A DNA stretch of 64,000 bases from contig NC_086125.1 of assembly GCF_963921235.1 (NCBI RefSeq), positions 26,908,001 through 26,972,000 on the forward strand. Direction: 5' to 3'. The stretch is from Mobula hypostoma. Its lineage: Eukaryota. Shown piece after piece: positions 35,351 through 49,293 of the stretch (positions are counted from its first letter, which is position 1; each line of letters begins with the position of its first letter). Both the position numbers and the translations under genes were made by a program. Under the pieces are notes generated by a model, which made no database searches, was not told the origin of the DNA, and saw nothing but the letters and a program-made list of their open reading frames with translations.

Positions 35351-38300
35351 AAGACCATAAGATATAGGAGTAGAATTAGCTATTGAGTCTGCTCCACTGT
35401 TTTTTTCATGGCTAATCCATTTTTCCTCTCAGCCCCATTCTCCTGCCTTCTCCCTGTATCCCTTCATGCCCCGATCAATCAAGAATCTATCAACTTTTGC
35501 CTTAAATACACATAAAGAGTTGGCCTCCACAGCTGCCTGTGGCAAAGAATTCCACAGATTCATCACTCTCTGGCTTAAGAAATTCCTTTTCATCTCTGTT
35601 CTAAAAGGACGCCCCTCTATTCTGAGGCTGTGTCCTCTGGTCTTCGACTCTCCCATCATAGGAACCATTCTCTCTACAATCACTCTATCAAAGCTGATCA
35701 CTATTCGATAGGTTTCAAGGAGGTCACTCCTCATTTTTCTGAACTCTAGTGAATACAGGCCCAGAGCCATCAAATACTCTTCACATACCAAGCCATTCAA
35801 TCCTGAAATCATTTTTGCGAACCCTCTCCAGTTTCAGCACATCCTTTCTAAGGGTCCCAAACCTGCTCACAATACTCCAAGTGAGGCCACACCAGTGCTT
35901 TTAAAGTCTCAGCATTACATCCTTGCTTTTATATTCTAGTCCTCTTGAAATAAATGCTAACATTGCATTTGCCTTCCTCACCACAGACTCAACCTGCAAA
36001 TTAGCTTTCAGGGAATTCTGCCTAAGGACTCCCAAATCCCTTTACACCTCAGTTTTTGTATTTGCTCTCCATTTAGAAAACAATCAATCCTTTCATTTCT
36101 TCTACCAAAGAGCATGACCATACACTTCTTGACACTATACCATCTGCCATTTTTTGTCTATTCTCCTAATCTAAGTTCTTCTGTAGCCTCTCTACTTCCT
36201 CAAAACTACCTGCCCCTCCACCCATCTTCATATCATCTGCAAACTTTGCAACAAAGCCATCAATTCCATCATCCAAATCACTTACATATAACATAAAAAG
36301 AATCAATCCCAACACAGACCCGTGGAACACCACTAGTCACCGGCAGCCAGTCAGAAAAGCCTCCCTATATCCCCACTCTTTGCCTCCTGCCAATCAACCA
36401 CTGCTTTATCCATGCTAGATTCATTCCTGTAATACCATGGACTCACAGCTTGTGAAACAGCCTCATGTGTGGCACCTTGTTAAAGCCCTTCTGAAAATCC
36501 AGACACAACATCAACTGATTCTCCTTTGTTCATCCTGCTTGTTATCTCTTCAAACTATTTCAATAGATTTGTTGGGCAAGGTTTTCCCTTGAAGAAATCT
36601 TGTTGACTTCGGCCTACTTATCATGAGCCTCTAAGTACCCTGAGACCTCATCTTTAAAAATCAACTCCAATATCTTCCCAGCCACTGAGGTCAAACTAAT
36701 TGGTCGAGAGTTTCCTTTCTTTTGTCTCACTCCCTTCTTCAAGAGTGGAATGGGATTTGAAATTATCCTGTCTTCCAGAACCAAGCGATTCTTTAAAGAT
36801 CATTACTATGCCTCCACAATCTCTTCAGCCACCTCTTTCAGAACTCTGAAGTGTACACCATCTGGTCCAGGTGACTTATCTACCTTCAGACCTTTCAGTT
36901 TCCCAAGAACCTTCTCTCTAGTTATGGTAATTTCACACACTTCATGCCCCCCGACATCTAGAACTTCCAACATACTGTGAGAGACTTCCACAATGAACAC
37001 TGATGCAAAATACTTAATCAGTTCATCTTCTATTTCATTGTCCCCTATTACTACCTCTCCAGTATCATTTTCCAGCAGTCTGATATTCACTCTCACCTCT
37101 CTTTTACACTTTATGTATCTGAAGAAACTTTGATATCCTCCTTAATATTATTGGCTGGTTTACTTTCATATTCCATCTTTACATTCTTAATTACTTTTTT
37201 AGTTCCCTTCTGTTCGTTTTTAAAAGTTACCCAATCCTTTAAATTCCCAATGATTTTTGCTCTATTATATGTCCTCTCTTTGGATTTTATGTTGGCTTTG
37301 ATTTCTCTTGGTAGCCACGGTTGTGTCATCTTTCCCTTAGAATACTTCTTCCTCTTTGGGATGTATATAACCTACGCCTTCTGAATTGCTTCCAGAAATT
37401 CCAGCCTTTGCTGCTCTGCCATCATCCCTGCCAGTGTTCTTTTCCCAATTATTTCTGGCCAATTCCTCTCTCATGCCTCTGTAATTCCTTTTGTTCCACT
37501 GTAATACTGATATGCCTGTCTTTAGCTTCTCTTTCTCAAATTTCAGGGTGTATTCGATCATATGGTCATTTACTCCTTAGGGTTCTTTTACCTTAAGTTC
37601 TCTAATCAATTCTGGTTCATTGCACAACACCCAATCCAGAATAGCTGATCATCTAGTGGGCTCAACCATGAGCTGCTCTAAAAAGCCATCTTGTAGGCAC
37701 TCCAGAAGTTCTCCCTCCTATCATCGAACACCAATCTGATTTTCCCAATATATCTGCACATTGACATCCCCCGTGACTATTGTAACTTTGCTCTTTTGGC
37801 ATGCAGTTTCTATCTCCCACTGTAATTTGTAGATTTGATATGTCAACAAATACACTCAAAAACTTCTATAGATATACTGTGGAGAGCATTCTGACAGGCT
37901 GCATTACAGTCTGGTATGGGGGGGGGGGGTTGCTACTGCACAGGACCGAAGGAAGCTGCAGAGGGTTGTAAACGTAGTCAGCTCTATCTTGGGTACTAGC
38001 CTACAAAGTACCCAGGACATCTTCAGGGAGCAGTGTCTCAGAAAAGCAATGTCCATTATTAAGGACCTCCAGCACCCAGACATGCCCTTTTCTCATTGTT
38101 ACAATCAGGAAGGAGGTGCAGAAGCCTGAAGGCACACATTCAGCGATTCAGGAACAGCTTCTTCCCCTCTGCCATCCAATTTCAAAATGGTCATTGAACC
38201 CATGAACACTATCCCACTTTTTTAATACCTTGTGACCTTATGTCCCCTCATTTGGTTTCATTTTTTACCAACAGAGAGAGCAACACCACCTCCTCTGCCT

Positions 38301-38800
38301 TCCAGCCTGTCCCTTCGATACTATGTGTATCCTTGGACATTAAGCTCTCAGCTATAATCTTTCAGCCGTGAATCCATGATACCTACAATATCAAACCCAC
38401 CAATCTGCAACTGTGCTGCAAGTTCATCTACCTCATTCCGTGTACTGCACGCATTCAAATACAACACCGTCAGTCTGTATTCACCCTTCTCGATTTTGTC
38501 CATCTTTTATGTTGTAACTCATCCTGTTGACTGCAATTTTGCCCTTTCAGCAGCCTCTCCTCACTACACATTGTCTCTGTTTGTAAACCAGCTACCTCAT
38601 CTTCAGCCCCATTATCGACCTTTCCTACAATACTTCTTCCATTTAAATAAAGGCAGATCCGGACACTCGTCACACCATGCTCAACCTTTTGATTCCTAAC
38701 TTTGTCTGAGGTCTTACCAACATCTGCTTCCACAACCTTTCCACTAATTGTTCTGGCAATCTGGTTCCCATCCCCCTGCAACTCAAGTTTGAAGCCCACC
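35351..38800 (-). mobile_element. Decayed CR1 LINE (ORF2 APE-RT and 3' end) with a nested Rex1 fragment at ~37838-38228
   Basis: LKGLKVDKSPGPDGVH.RVLKEVAEEIVEA; LGLYSLEFRKMRSDLLETY...RGHSLRI...WNSLP; tail tcttatggtctt on minus. Confidence 0.9.
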
Positions 38801-41402
38801 GTGCGGCATTTTAACAAATCTTCTCATAACTGTGTGGGTTTCCTCTGGGTGCTCCAGTTTCCTCCCACATTCCACAGACATACAGGTTAGGTTTAGTAAG
38901 TTGTGGGCATGCTACTTTGGTGTCCCCAGCACTTATTCAGACTGTGAGGTTTGTTGATGCAAAATGACACATGTCATTGTATGTTTCTACGTGCATGTGA
39001 CAAATAAAGCTAATCTTTAATTGGTGAGCCAGAATCAACTGTCGTAGTTTTTGTGTGGTCAGTCTTTAGCTTTAGATTACTAAATGAATGTAAATCCAAG
39101 AGCTGCCGTGATCCAGAATTCGGGCCTCTGTGGTCCATTGATTTAATGACTTCTTATAAACCACTTAACCCCTTAATGGTCAGACCAGTACATAGACACT
39201 GAGCCAGATGGTCCACTTCTCTCAGGAGCCTCCTGCTCATTCTTTCTCCCATCTGCTATTACCTTACACCCACCTCGAACTGCAAAAGTAAACTGTAAAA
39301 TAGTAAATTGGTTTATTATTGTCACATGTATCAAGATACAGCGAAAAGCTTGTTTTGCATACTGTTTAAAGATTAAAGTTAAGTTTTATTTTTGACATGT
39401 ACAGTGAAATGCACTGTCTGTGTCAACAACCAGCGTAATTTTAGATGTGTTGAGCCAGCCAGCAAGTGTCACCACGCATCATTGCATGCCAGCAACTTAG
39501 GAACCCTAACTAGCAGAGCTGAGAAATCTGGAGTGCAGAGTCATGGGGAGAAGGTACAGTGAATTTCCTGACAGTGGCGGAACTTGAGCCCTGATCTTCC
39601 AGCTGGGCTGTAATAGTATTACCCTAACCGCTACCCTGCGGTGTCACCTACAGATCAAATCATTACACAGCGCATTGACAGTGCAGTAAGGTAAAACAAT
39701 AACAACGCCGAATAAAGCAGAAAAGCTACAAAGAAAGGGCAGTGCAGATAAATGAAAAAGTGCAAGAGCAATGAAAAACTTTGTTCTTTCATGTTATCCT
39801 TGCTCATCATTTCATCATATCAGTACTTTGGGGTAGTACAAGGGAAACAATAACAGAATCAATATCAGGTTCACTATCTCTGTCTTACATTGAGTGAAAT
39901 CTGTTGCTCTGTGGCAGCAGTACAGTGCAAAGACATAAAATGAATACGTGGAAAAATACGAATGATGGGGAAGGGCTCAGAGGTTCCTGAACCATTCAGA
40001 AATCTGATGGTGGAGGGTAAGACACTGTTCCTGAATCATTGAATGTGAGCCTTCAGACTCCTGTACCTTCTCCCAATGACAGAGGAGAGAGCATGTCCCA
40101 GATGGCAAGTGTCCTTCGGTGTACAGAATGCAGAATAAAGTGTCACAGTTATGAAGAAAGTGCAGTGCAGGCAGACAATAAGGTGCAAGGCTATGATGAG
40201 GTGAATGATCCATCTTACTCTACTACGGGATCGTTCAATAGTTTCATAAGAGTGGGCAAGAAGCTGTCGTTGAGCTGGTGCTACACCCCTTCTTTTGTTT
40301 GTATCCACTGTCCTCTGGGAAGGGATACAGGAGAGAATGTTTGAGCTGGGTGGGGTCTTTAATTATGTTGGCTGCTCTGGGCACTGGTGTCACTGCCCCC
40401 GCTCCCCCCCATCCACCCTGAGTTCAGGGATGGGATATTGACTGATGGGGGGGAGTTTGTGCAAAAACTGTATCTGCCCTCTCAGGGTGACCCAGGGCTG
40501 ACTAGTGAGCATTACGGTCCCCATTCATTTACTGAAGCCAGCAAATCCCTGAAATGGCAAGATGTCCTTTTCTATTACAACACTGCTGCTTATTTTAATA
40601 CTTTTAATTATCTCATCATTAAATATTTGAATTATAATTTTAAACTACATTTGCTTCCATTTCTTATGACTGCGGCATAGCCAGAGCAATAGATCAACTA
40701 TTATTAAGGATATACAGGACCCCGGAACTGGAATTCTCAGAGATTTATAGAGGCCAAGAGACACCTGAATTAGTTGAAATAGCACTGGGAATATAGGGCA
40801 GCTACATGCTTTTGTATTCGGGGCAGGGGGATGCCTGGTTTGGCACGTCTTGTAGCAGCCACATGCACACACAAACCTCTCTATACTGTATACATGCACA
40901 CACACACACAAACCACAAAAGCAAGAGTGCTACAAAGAGTCATCCAGCCAGGTACTGGAAGTTGGATGCTCAATGTCTGCAAGTCTGGGTCCAAGGACTG
41001 GAAGTCAGAGGCTCGGAGGCAGCCTGCCCTGGGATTGTAGGATTGGAGGTCTGTCTGTCTGTGTGTGTGGGGGGGGGGAGGGGGAAGGGGCTTATTTTGC
41101 TGTTATTGCTTTATTTTGTTGTAGTTGTTGCTTGTGTTGTTCTGCTGAATATCGTGGGCATGCTGTGTTGACAGCAAGAGTTGAGTGGCAGCACTTTGGG
41201 TTGCCCACAGCACATCCTTAATTTGTGTTGGTTGTTAACACAAATGACATATTTCACTGTATGCTTTGATGTACATGTGATAAACAAATCTGAATCTGGG
41301 CATGGAAACAGGCCATTTGGCCCAACTCATCTATGCTGGCCAAGTCTATCTGAGCTAGACTCATTTGCCTCTGTTTGTCCGATATCCCTCTAAACCTTTC
41401 TT

Positions 41403-41715
41403 ATGCAAAGGCATCTGTTAGTCTTGTGAGACCATGGATCTGTGCCTGGAAAGTCTTCACTCTCCAGGGCGCAGGCCTGGGCAAGGTTGTATGGAAGACC
41501 GGCAGTTGCCCATGCTGCAAGTCTCCCCTCTCCACGACACTGATGTTGTCCAAGGGAAGGGCAAGGGCTGATACAGCTTGGCACCAGTGTCGTTGCACAG
41601 CACTGTGTGGTTAAGTGCCTTGCTCAAGGAGACAACACGCTGACTTGGCTGGGGCTCGAACTCACGACCTTCAGATCGCTAGTCAAATGCCTTAACCACT
41701 TGGCTACATGCCCAC
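41403..41715 (-). mobile_element. tRNA-derived SINE; related copies at ~46690-46915 (head) and ~21590-21780 (tail)
   Basis: Minus-strand A box tagccaagtgg and B box gttcgagcc, followed by a ccttgagcaaggcacttaac core. Confidence 0.7.
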
Positions 41716-42129
41716 TATGTGAAGGACCCCAACCATTAACTGAGGGGTTCATGGACCCCAGGTTGGGAACCCCTGTTCTAAACCTTTCCCATCCATATAC
41801 CAAATGTCTTTTAAATGTTGTAATTGCACCTAACACCACTACCTCCTCTGGCAGCTGATTCCATTTACCCACTACCCTCTGTGTGAAAGAACTTGTCCCT
41901 TGTCCCTTCTAAACCTCTCCCCTCTTACATGTCCGACACAGCAGACTGCAAGTCCGCTGATGAAGGATATCACCTACCCCACAGGGAAGTGAGCAGGAAT
42001 GACTCATTTGTGTGGGGAGGACATCCTAGACTGCCATTGTTTGCTGGTCTTCAGAGAACAGACACTCCCTGTTGGTGGCAAAGTGCAAAGAATGCACATT
42101 GACAGCAGAAACACACAAAAAAGTTATTT

Positions 42130-42135
42130 TTTATT
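42130..42135 (-). terminator. Candidate SWSAP1 poly(A) signal (~1.55 kb 3' UTR)
   Basis: Minus-strand AATAAA followed by a U/GU-rich element (ttttttgtgtgtttctg), at the end of a mostly unique 42.1-43.7 kb stretch. Confidence 0.5.
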
Positions 42136-43673
42136 CCAAGGTAGTATAAAAGGCAACATCAAGAAATAATTCTTCAAACTGGCTTGAAAAATAAAACTCA
42201 ATTGGTTTCTTTTAAACCTCTCTTAAAAGAAATGGTTACCATATCCTTCAATGGCAGCTGCTCTTTTTGAATACAGAGACTGGACCCATCCTCAGTATCT
42301 GACCAATGTTTCTGTCTGAACACCGTACATTAGCAACCAGTCAGTCCTGGGGCTGTTATAGAAAAACTTGAATATTTACTGAACTGATACTTATAAACAT
42401 TTCCAAATGGAGATCAATCTGGCAGCAACAGGAAATTGTGATGAATACGACCCTTCCTGAAGAGGAAAACTGTCCTGTCCAAACCTTTCTTGATCACGTA
42501 AAGAAATACATAGCTTGTGCCAAAAGACTTCAAAGCAGATTAATTATCCCCGAGGTGAGGATTTTGGGCCTCGGTTTTCCAACATGGCTTGTGGTGAAGT
42601 TAAAGGCAGGACTGTAATCATAAAATAAATATTTCTTTATTCAGCGCTTATAAGTAAAATTGAAAAGAACTGCGGGAGGGCAGATAAATAAGCCCCTCTG
42701 TGTGCTCTGTAGCAGAAGCTGTGATCTCTAGCATTGAGCCTGTTTGCGACCTGTTTTATTTTGCCTCTGACCATTAGAGCCATTAAGATTTCCCTTTTGG
42801 CTGTGATTAACGATATTGTTATTAACTAATGTGGAGATGGAAGCCTCTTTCCTAAAGCTCATCCTATTGGAATACATTGTCTGATTAGTCACTCGAGCAG
42901 TCAAGACTATCCAAAGGAAATCTAAAACTCAAACAAAAACTGCTGGAAACACACAGCATGTTGTGATACCTATATTGTACATCTCTCCCTCTGCCGCATA
43001 AAATGAACTGACTTTTTTTTCTTTTCCAGTCTTTGCCTTGAAACATTAAACTCTTTCTTTCTGAACTCTTGCATTTTCTGGTGTTGAGGATCTTTGCCCT
43101 CCAAACTTCACTTGCAACTTTGGTCTCAGTCTAAAGGCTTGCCATGGCGTATCTGCCGGGAATTGTCTTTGTTGGGTTAGAAAGGTTGTATACTATAGTA
43201 GTCAACTTTATACACAAGTTGGCAATGGTAACTGATCCACTGAAGATTTTCACTCTTCGGACCTCCTAGCCGAATCACAAAATCCAACACAGTTTGGACA
43301 CCACCGGTACTTTGAGAATAAAGACAGAAAGACATCATCCTGAAATGTTAATAGTGCTATTTTCTCTCCTAACCAGATGAGTGTCTCCCACACTCTCTTA
43401 CCTGATACCCATTAGCAGGGTGACATTTTGTTTTACTATTACCAACACATTAATGACGAACATATCTATTGTCTTGTTAAATACCTGGCACCTTTACTAT
43501 GCGCTAAGTACCTTAGTAAACTGTCTCTTTTACAAATGGAACAGTGGCAACAAAGACAGCATCGGTCCTCAATGTGGAGTTGGGCACTAAAATAGAAAAT
43601 GTCAAATGTGTCTTGAATGCTCTCACATTTGAAAATTGGCCATCAATCAGTCGAACGATCCTTCCTGCTGTCC

Positions 43674-43955
43674 TCACTTGTCCTGGACTACTTCACGTTC
43701 CCTCTCTTCCCTTCTTACACGATGGATTCCTGAAATATTATCACCCTCAAAAAGCAGTTCCCAGGTGTAGTCCTTCTTGATTTGAGGAACATGCACCCCT
43801 CCAATCTCCTTCTTCACCAGTCCAGAGAAAGAAACGAGGTAACTTTGAGCCCCTTCCACGTGACACTGTTGCTCGTTCACCATACACTTCACTGAGAAGT
43901 AACGCTCCAACACTTGGAGGCCCAGATCGGCAGTATTCTCCATTTGAGTTAGAGT
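43674..43955 (-). CDS. SWSAP1: SWSAP1 exon 2 (TLTQMENTADLGLQVLERYFSVKCMV...TWELLF...QDK*)
   Basis: Acceptor ttctaactcctcag, phase 0. Matches human LHLALLQRYFPAQCWL...EWWVTF. Stop TGA. Total protein 383 aa. Confidence 0.9.
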   Translation of the reverse strand, partial: TLTQMENTADLGLQVLERYFSVKCMVNEQQCHVEGAQSYLVSFSGLVKKEIGGVHVPQIKKDYTWELLFEGDNISGIHRVRREEREREVVQDK

Positions 43956-44029
43956 CTGAGGAGTTAGAACACAGAACATAAAACAGTGCAGCACAGGAAA
44001 AGCCCTCCGGCCAAACCATATTAAACTCA

Positions 44030-44609
44030 TGTAAGGGGGTTTCGTCTTTTACGGCGTAGGCTAATTAAAATGGCTTCTTTGTTATGTTATACTTGGAAAT
44101 GCTTCTTTGTTATGTTAAACGCTAAGAAAGTTTTTGCGCTACAGCTTGTTGCGGGTTAGGGGGTGATAAGAGGATGTTACGAACCAATTGGGATAGTTGT
44201 TATGATTTTGGAGTATCTGGAAGATTTGTATGTGCGGGTTTTGGAGGCAGAAGGCGGGAGAGAGAGGAACAGAGGATGGAGCAGGTGCTATGAGTCCGCT
44301 AACGGGGTCGGACCCCGAGCGGGGCGTGCGGCGAGGAGACGGAGACGGACTCGTGTGGAGCGTCTGGTCAACCACCGTTGTTGGTCCCAGGCGGCCGGTC
44401 GAGGTGGTCCGAGGTGTCGCAGGGTGAAGAAGAAGGGTCCAGAAGCAGGGTCATTTAATCGTATCTGGTGTATTGTCTGTTATTTGGGCGGGGTGGGGGT
44501 ACATCACACAGCATCCACACAAACTAATTACCCAGTTTGGCGGGGCCGAGGGCTGTTTCCCTCGACGACAGCGAGCCGAGCGACCTTGAGGGTGGCCAGG
44601 GGGGCTACA
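44030..44609. mobile_element. Solo LTR (580 bp), 4-bp TSD
   Basis: TGTAAG...CTACA termini, TSD ctca at 44026-44029 and 44610-44613. CpG-rich; splits a CR1 3' tail. Confidence 0.85.
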
Positions 44610-45692
44610 CTCAGAAATTAAATGCCCAAGAAACTAATCCCTTCTACCCACACAATGCCAACATCCCTCATTCTCTGCATTCATGTGCCTTTCTAAAAGT
44701 CTCTTAAATACCTCTATTGTACCTGTCTCCACCACCACCCCGGCAATGTATTTAGGTACCCACCGGTCTGTGTTAAAAACTTGACCTGCACGTCTCCTTT
44801 GAAATCCCCCTCTCAGCTGTTCTCTAATATTAGACATATCACAGTTAAAAATGAAAAGCACTCATTAACCAATGTGCATACTGGTACTAAATGAGCAACA
44901 ATCAGAAGGTACTTTCATGGGTTAATGAGCCAATGATTTACCACACAGCCATTCAACCTCTCGTTTGTGGATTGGAGACATGGGAGACTGCCAGGCTAGA
45001 GGAACTCAGCCACTCGAGCAGCACCTATGGAGGCAGAGTGTTGGTCAACGTTCTGTATCCCGATGCAGGGTGCCAACCAAAAGTCAGATTTATTTATTTA
45101 TCACATGTACATCAAAACATGCAGTGAAATGTGTTATTTGCATTAACAACCAACACACCTAAGATTATAGTGGGGCAGACCGCAAGTGTCACCACATATT
45201 CCAGCAACTACAAAAAACAGCAAAATAGCTTACCAAGCAACAAAGCAAAACAAGACCCATTTCTCCCACCCATGCACACACACTCACAATCCTCCAACCC
45301 CAGGACAGGCTATCTTCAGCCTCCAGCCTTCAACGGACTCATAGATTCATAGACCTTTGGCCTTCAACGTCTCTAGCAGACTCACAGACTTGGGGCTCTG
45401 GCCATCGGGCCAAGACTCCTGGGCTTCCAATCGACTTTCAGGCTTTTTCAGTATCGACCCAGGGCTCACTGATAACAGTGAAGAAGAACCCTGGATGAGG
45501 ACTTGAGTCCAGACTGGCTGAAGAAGGGACCCAAACATCAGGCCTCGAACTCCAGTCTTGCCAAAACATCGACAATCCCTCTGTATCTACAGATACTGCC
45601 TGACCCACTGGGTTTCTCCAGATGCTTGCTTCTTACCCTGGTCTGAGGATGATGAGGGATGCCTGACTAAATCTGATCATCCGCGCCTTGAC

Positions 45693-47100
45693 TCATAGAG
45701 CACTATGACACTTCAGCCTATCTAGACTATACCAAACTGTTAATCTGCCTGGACCTATCAACCCACACCTGGACCATACCTCTCCCATCCATGTACTGAT
45801 CCAAACTCCTCTTAAATGTTGAAATCAAACCCACATCTACCACTTCCGATGGCAGCTTGATCCACACTCTCACCATCATCTGAATGAAGAAGTTCCCCCT
45901 CAGGTTTCCCTGAAATATTTTACGTTTCACCCTTAACCTAACTAGATCTTTAGTTCTAGTCACCAAACCTCAATGGAAAAAGCCTGCTTGCATTAACCCT
46001 ACCTATACCCCTCTATTTTGTATACCCCTCTCAAACCTTGTCATTCTCCTGCACTCCAGTGAATAAAGTCCTCAGCCACTGAACCTTTCCCTGTAACTCA
46101 GATCTCCCTGTCAACATTCTTGTAAATTCTCTTTATTCTTTCAATCTTAGTGATATCTTCCTTAACAACCCCAACTACCAATAATGTTAATTTCAAGGAA
46201 TTATTGATTTGTACTCCCAGATCCTCCTGTGCTACCGCATTCCACTGTGCTCTACTGTTCACTTCGTAAGTCGTATCCTGGTTTGTCCTTCCAATCTGCA
46301 GCACCTCACACTCGTCTGCATTAAATTTCACCTGCCAGTTTTCCGGCCATTTTTCCAGCTGGGCCAGATGTTGCTACCAGCTTTCATCATACTCTTCATT
46401 GTCCACTACGCCCCCAATCTTGGTGTCATTTGAAAATTTACAGATCCAGTTTATCACATTATCATCCAGGTTGTTGATATAGACAACAAACAGCAGCGTA
46501 CCCAGCACTGATCCCAGTGGCCCACCACTTGTTGCAGGCCTCCAGTCAGAGAGGCAGCCATCTACGATCACCCTCTGGCTTCTTCTGTGAAGCCAATGTC
46601 CAATCCATTTTACTAGCTCATCCAGGAGGCCAAGCGACTGAACCTTCTTGACCAGCCTCCATGTGGGATTTTGACAAGGGGGGAGGGAGGGGAGGGAACA
46701 TCAACTCAGACCATGAGGCCTGTGTCGGGCATTTTCATGCCTTACAAGGTGCAGATTGGAAGCCTGTGTGGGGCGCTACTCCTCGCACAGACACGAGAGC
46801 AATGTGTGGTTAGGTGGCCTTGCTCAAGGACACAAACACTCTGCCACAGCTGAGGCTCAAACCAGCGACCTTCAGATCACTAGACGAACGCCTTAACCAC
46901 TTGGCCACATGCCCAAACAAAAGCCTTTTGTTTTGACACAAGCCTTGTTAAAGACCATGAAGACAACATCCACTGTCTTTCCTTCATCAACTTTCCTGAT
47001 AAACTCCTCAAAAAACTCTATTTGTTAGACATGACCTACCATGCACAAAGCCATGTTGACTGTCGCTAATCAGTCCCTGTCTATCCTATACTTAAATATC
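45693..47100 (-). mobile_element. Decayed CR1 RT/3' fragments with a nested SINE
   Basis: SDWRPATSG.PLGSVLG.LLFVVYINNLD...KFSNDTKIGG; MKFNADECEV. Confidence 0.8.
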
Positions 47101-47685
47101 CGGTCTGCATCCCTCCATGCCCTGCACATTTAGCAGCTTAAACACCACTAGTATATCTGCCACCACATTATCCCAGGTACCTACCGCTCTCCATGTAAAA
47201 AAAAACCTGCCTCGCACATCTCCTCTGAACTTTCCCCCTCTCACCTTAAATGCAAGTCACCCTCGTATTGACATTTCTACCATGGAAAAAAGATTCCAAC
47301 TGTCCACCTTACCTAGGCCTCTCATAATCTCATCAGATCTCCCCTGAGCCTCCAATGCTCCACGGAAAACAGCCCAAGTTTGTCCATTACATTTTCTAGT
47401 ACGGGGGGTGGGGGGAAGATTCCCAGTACATGCGACATTAGTAAACCAATTAGAAATCTAGAACAAACTCAGTCATAGAGTATTATAGCACAGAAACAGG
47501 CCCTTCAGCCCAATGTGTGCATGCTGACCATAGTGCCCATTAACATAAACTCATCTGCCTGTACTTGGCCTATATCCCTCTAAACCATGTATTTATCCAA
47601 ATGGCTTTTAAATGTTGATATTTACAGAGCAAAGAACAACTGAACTTGTATGAATTAAGGAGAAATCAGTTAGTTCTATATGATA

Positions 47686-48094
47686 CATTCAGTGGCCACT
47701 TTATTAGGTACATTCTCCTCTGACCTCTCTCATTATCAAGGCGATTTCACCCACAGAACAGTCACTCATGGGGTGTTTCTCGCTTCTCGCACCATTCTTT
47801 CTAAACCCTTGAGCAGGGGTCCATGGACCCCAGGATGGGAACCCCTGCTCTAGAGACTATTGTGCATGAAAATCTCAGGAGACCATTCTGTTTAGCACTA
47901 ACAATCATTCCACAGCCAAAGTAACTTAGATCACATTTCCTTCCCCATTCTGAAGTTTGGTCTGAACAACAACTGAACCTCTTGACCACGTTTGCATGAT
48001 TTTCTGCATTGAGTTGCTGCCAGATGATCAGCTGATTAGCTACTTACATTAACAAAGGTGTACAGATGTACCTAACATATGTGCCCACTGAGTA
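47686..48094 (-). mobile_element. Tc1/mariner non-autonomous element (same family as 13195-13637) with a small nested caggggt...acccctg MITE
   Basis: TA-flanked TIR cattcagtggccactttattaggtac; degenerate right TIR. Confidence 0.75.
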
Positions 48095-49293
48095 TAAAGG
48101 AACAGAATTAGGCCATTTAGCCCGATGAATCTGTCCTGCCATTCAATCATGGCTGATTTTTTTTTTTCCTGACCTTTTCCCTGCAACCAACCAAGAACTT
48201 ATCAGTCTCTGCCTTAAATACACCCAATGACTTGGCTTCCACAGCCCTCCTTGGAAAGAAATCAACAACGATAAGATAGATCCTTGGCCTTTGCACCTTA
48301 TTGTCTACCTCGACTGCTCTTTCTTTGTAACTGTAACACTCTATTCTGCATTCTGTTAATATCTGTACTTTGTACTAAGTCAATGCACTGTTGTAATAAA
48401 TTAATCTGTATGAATGGTATGCGAGACAAGTTTTTCACTGTACCTCGGTACATGTTATAATAATAAACCAGTTTACCTCTGGTGGAAGAAATTCCTCCTC
48501 ATCTCTGTTCTAAAGGGCACCCTTGCATTCTGAGGCTATGCCCTCGAATCCGAGACTCCTCCACTCTAGGAAATATCCTCTCCATCTGGACCTTTCAATA
48601 TTCAATTGGTTTCAATGAGATCTCCACTCCCTCATCCTTCTGAGCTCCATCGAGCTCAGGCCCAGAGATATCAAACACTCCTCATATATTAACTGCTAAA
48701 GGTACATCTCTTTATTTTGAGGCTGTGAAGTGTAATGCAAAACAAAGGGGTTATGTTCATCTATAGATGATACAAAGATAGGTGGAGGGGCAGCTAGTGT
48801 TGAAGAAGCAGGGAGGCTACAAGAGGACGTGGATAGCTTGGAAAAATGGGCAAAGAAGAGGCATATAGTATACAGAGCAGGGAAGTGTATGGCCATACAC
48901 TTCAGTAGAAGGAATAATGGCATTGACTCTAAGACCATAAGACTAGGGAGCAGAGTAGGCCATTCCGACAATCGAGTCTGCTCTGCCATTTCATCAAGGC
49001 TGATTTAATAATCCTCTCAATCCCATTCTCCTGCTTTTTCCTTGTAACATTTGAAATGCTGATTAATCAAGAACCTATCCACCTCCACTTTAATTACACT
49101 CAATGGCTTGGCTTCCACAGCCAAGGCTGTTTTCTAAATAAGGAGAAATTCCAGAAATCCAAGGTGCAAAGGGACTTGGGAGTCCTAGTGCAGCATTCCT
49201 AAAAACTAACGTGCAGGTTGATTGGTAGTAAGGAAGACAAATGCATTCATTTCGAGAGGACTAGAATATAAAAGCAAGGATTTAATGCTAAGG

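Noticed and set aside
41645-41715. tRNA gene
   Set aside because: The A/B boxes are followed by a SINE core and tail, and the unit is repeated at ~46.9 kb; it is a SINE head.
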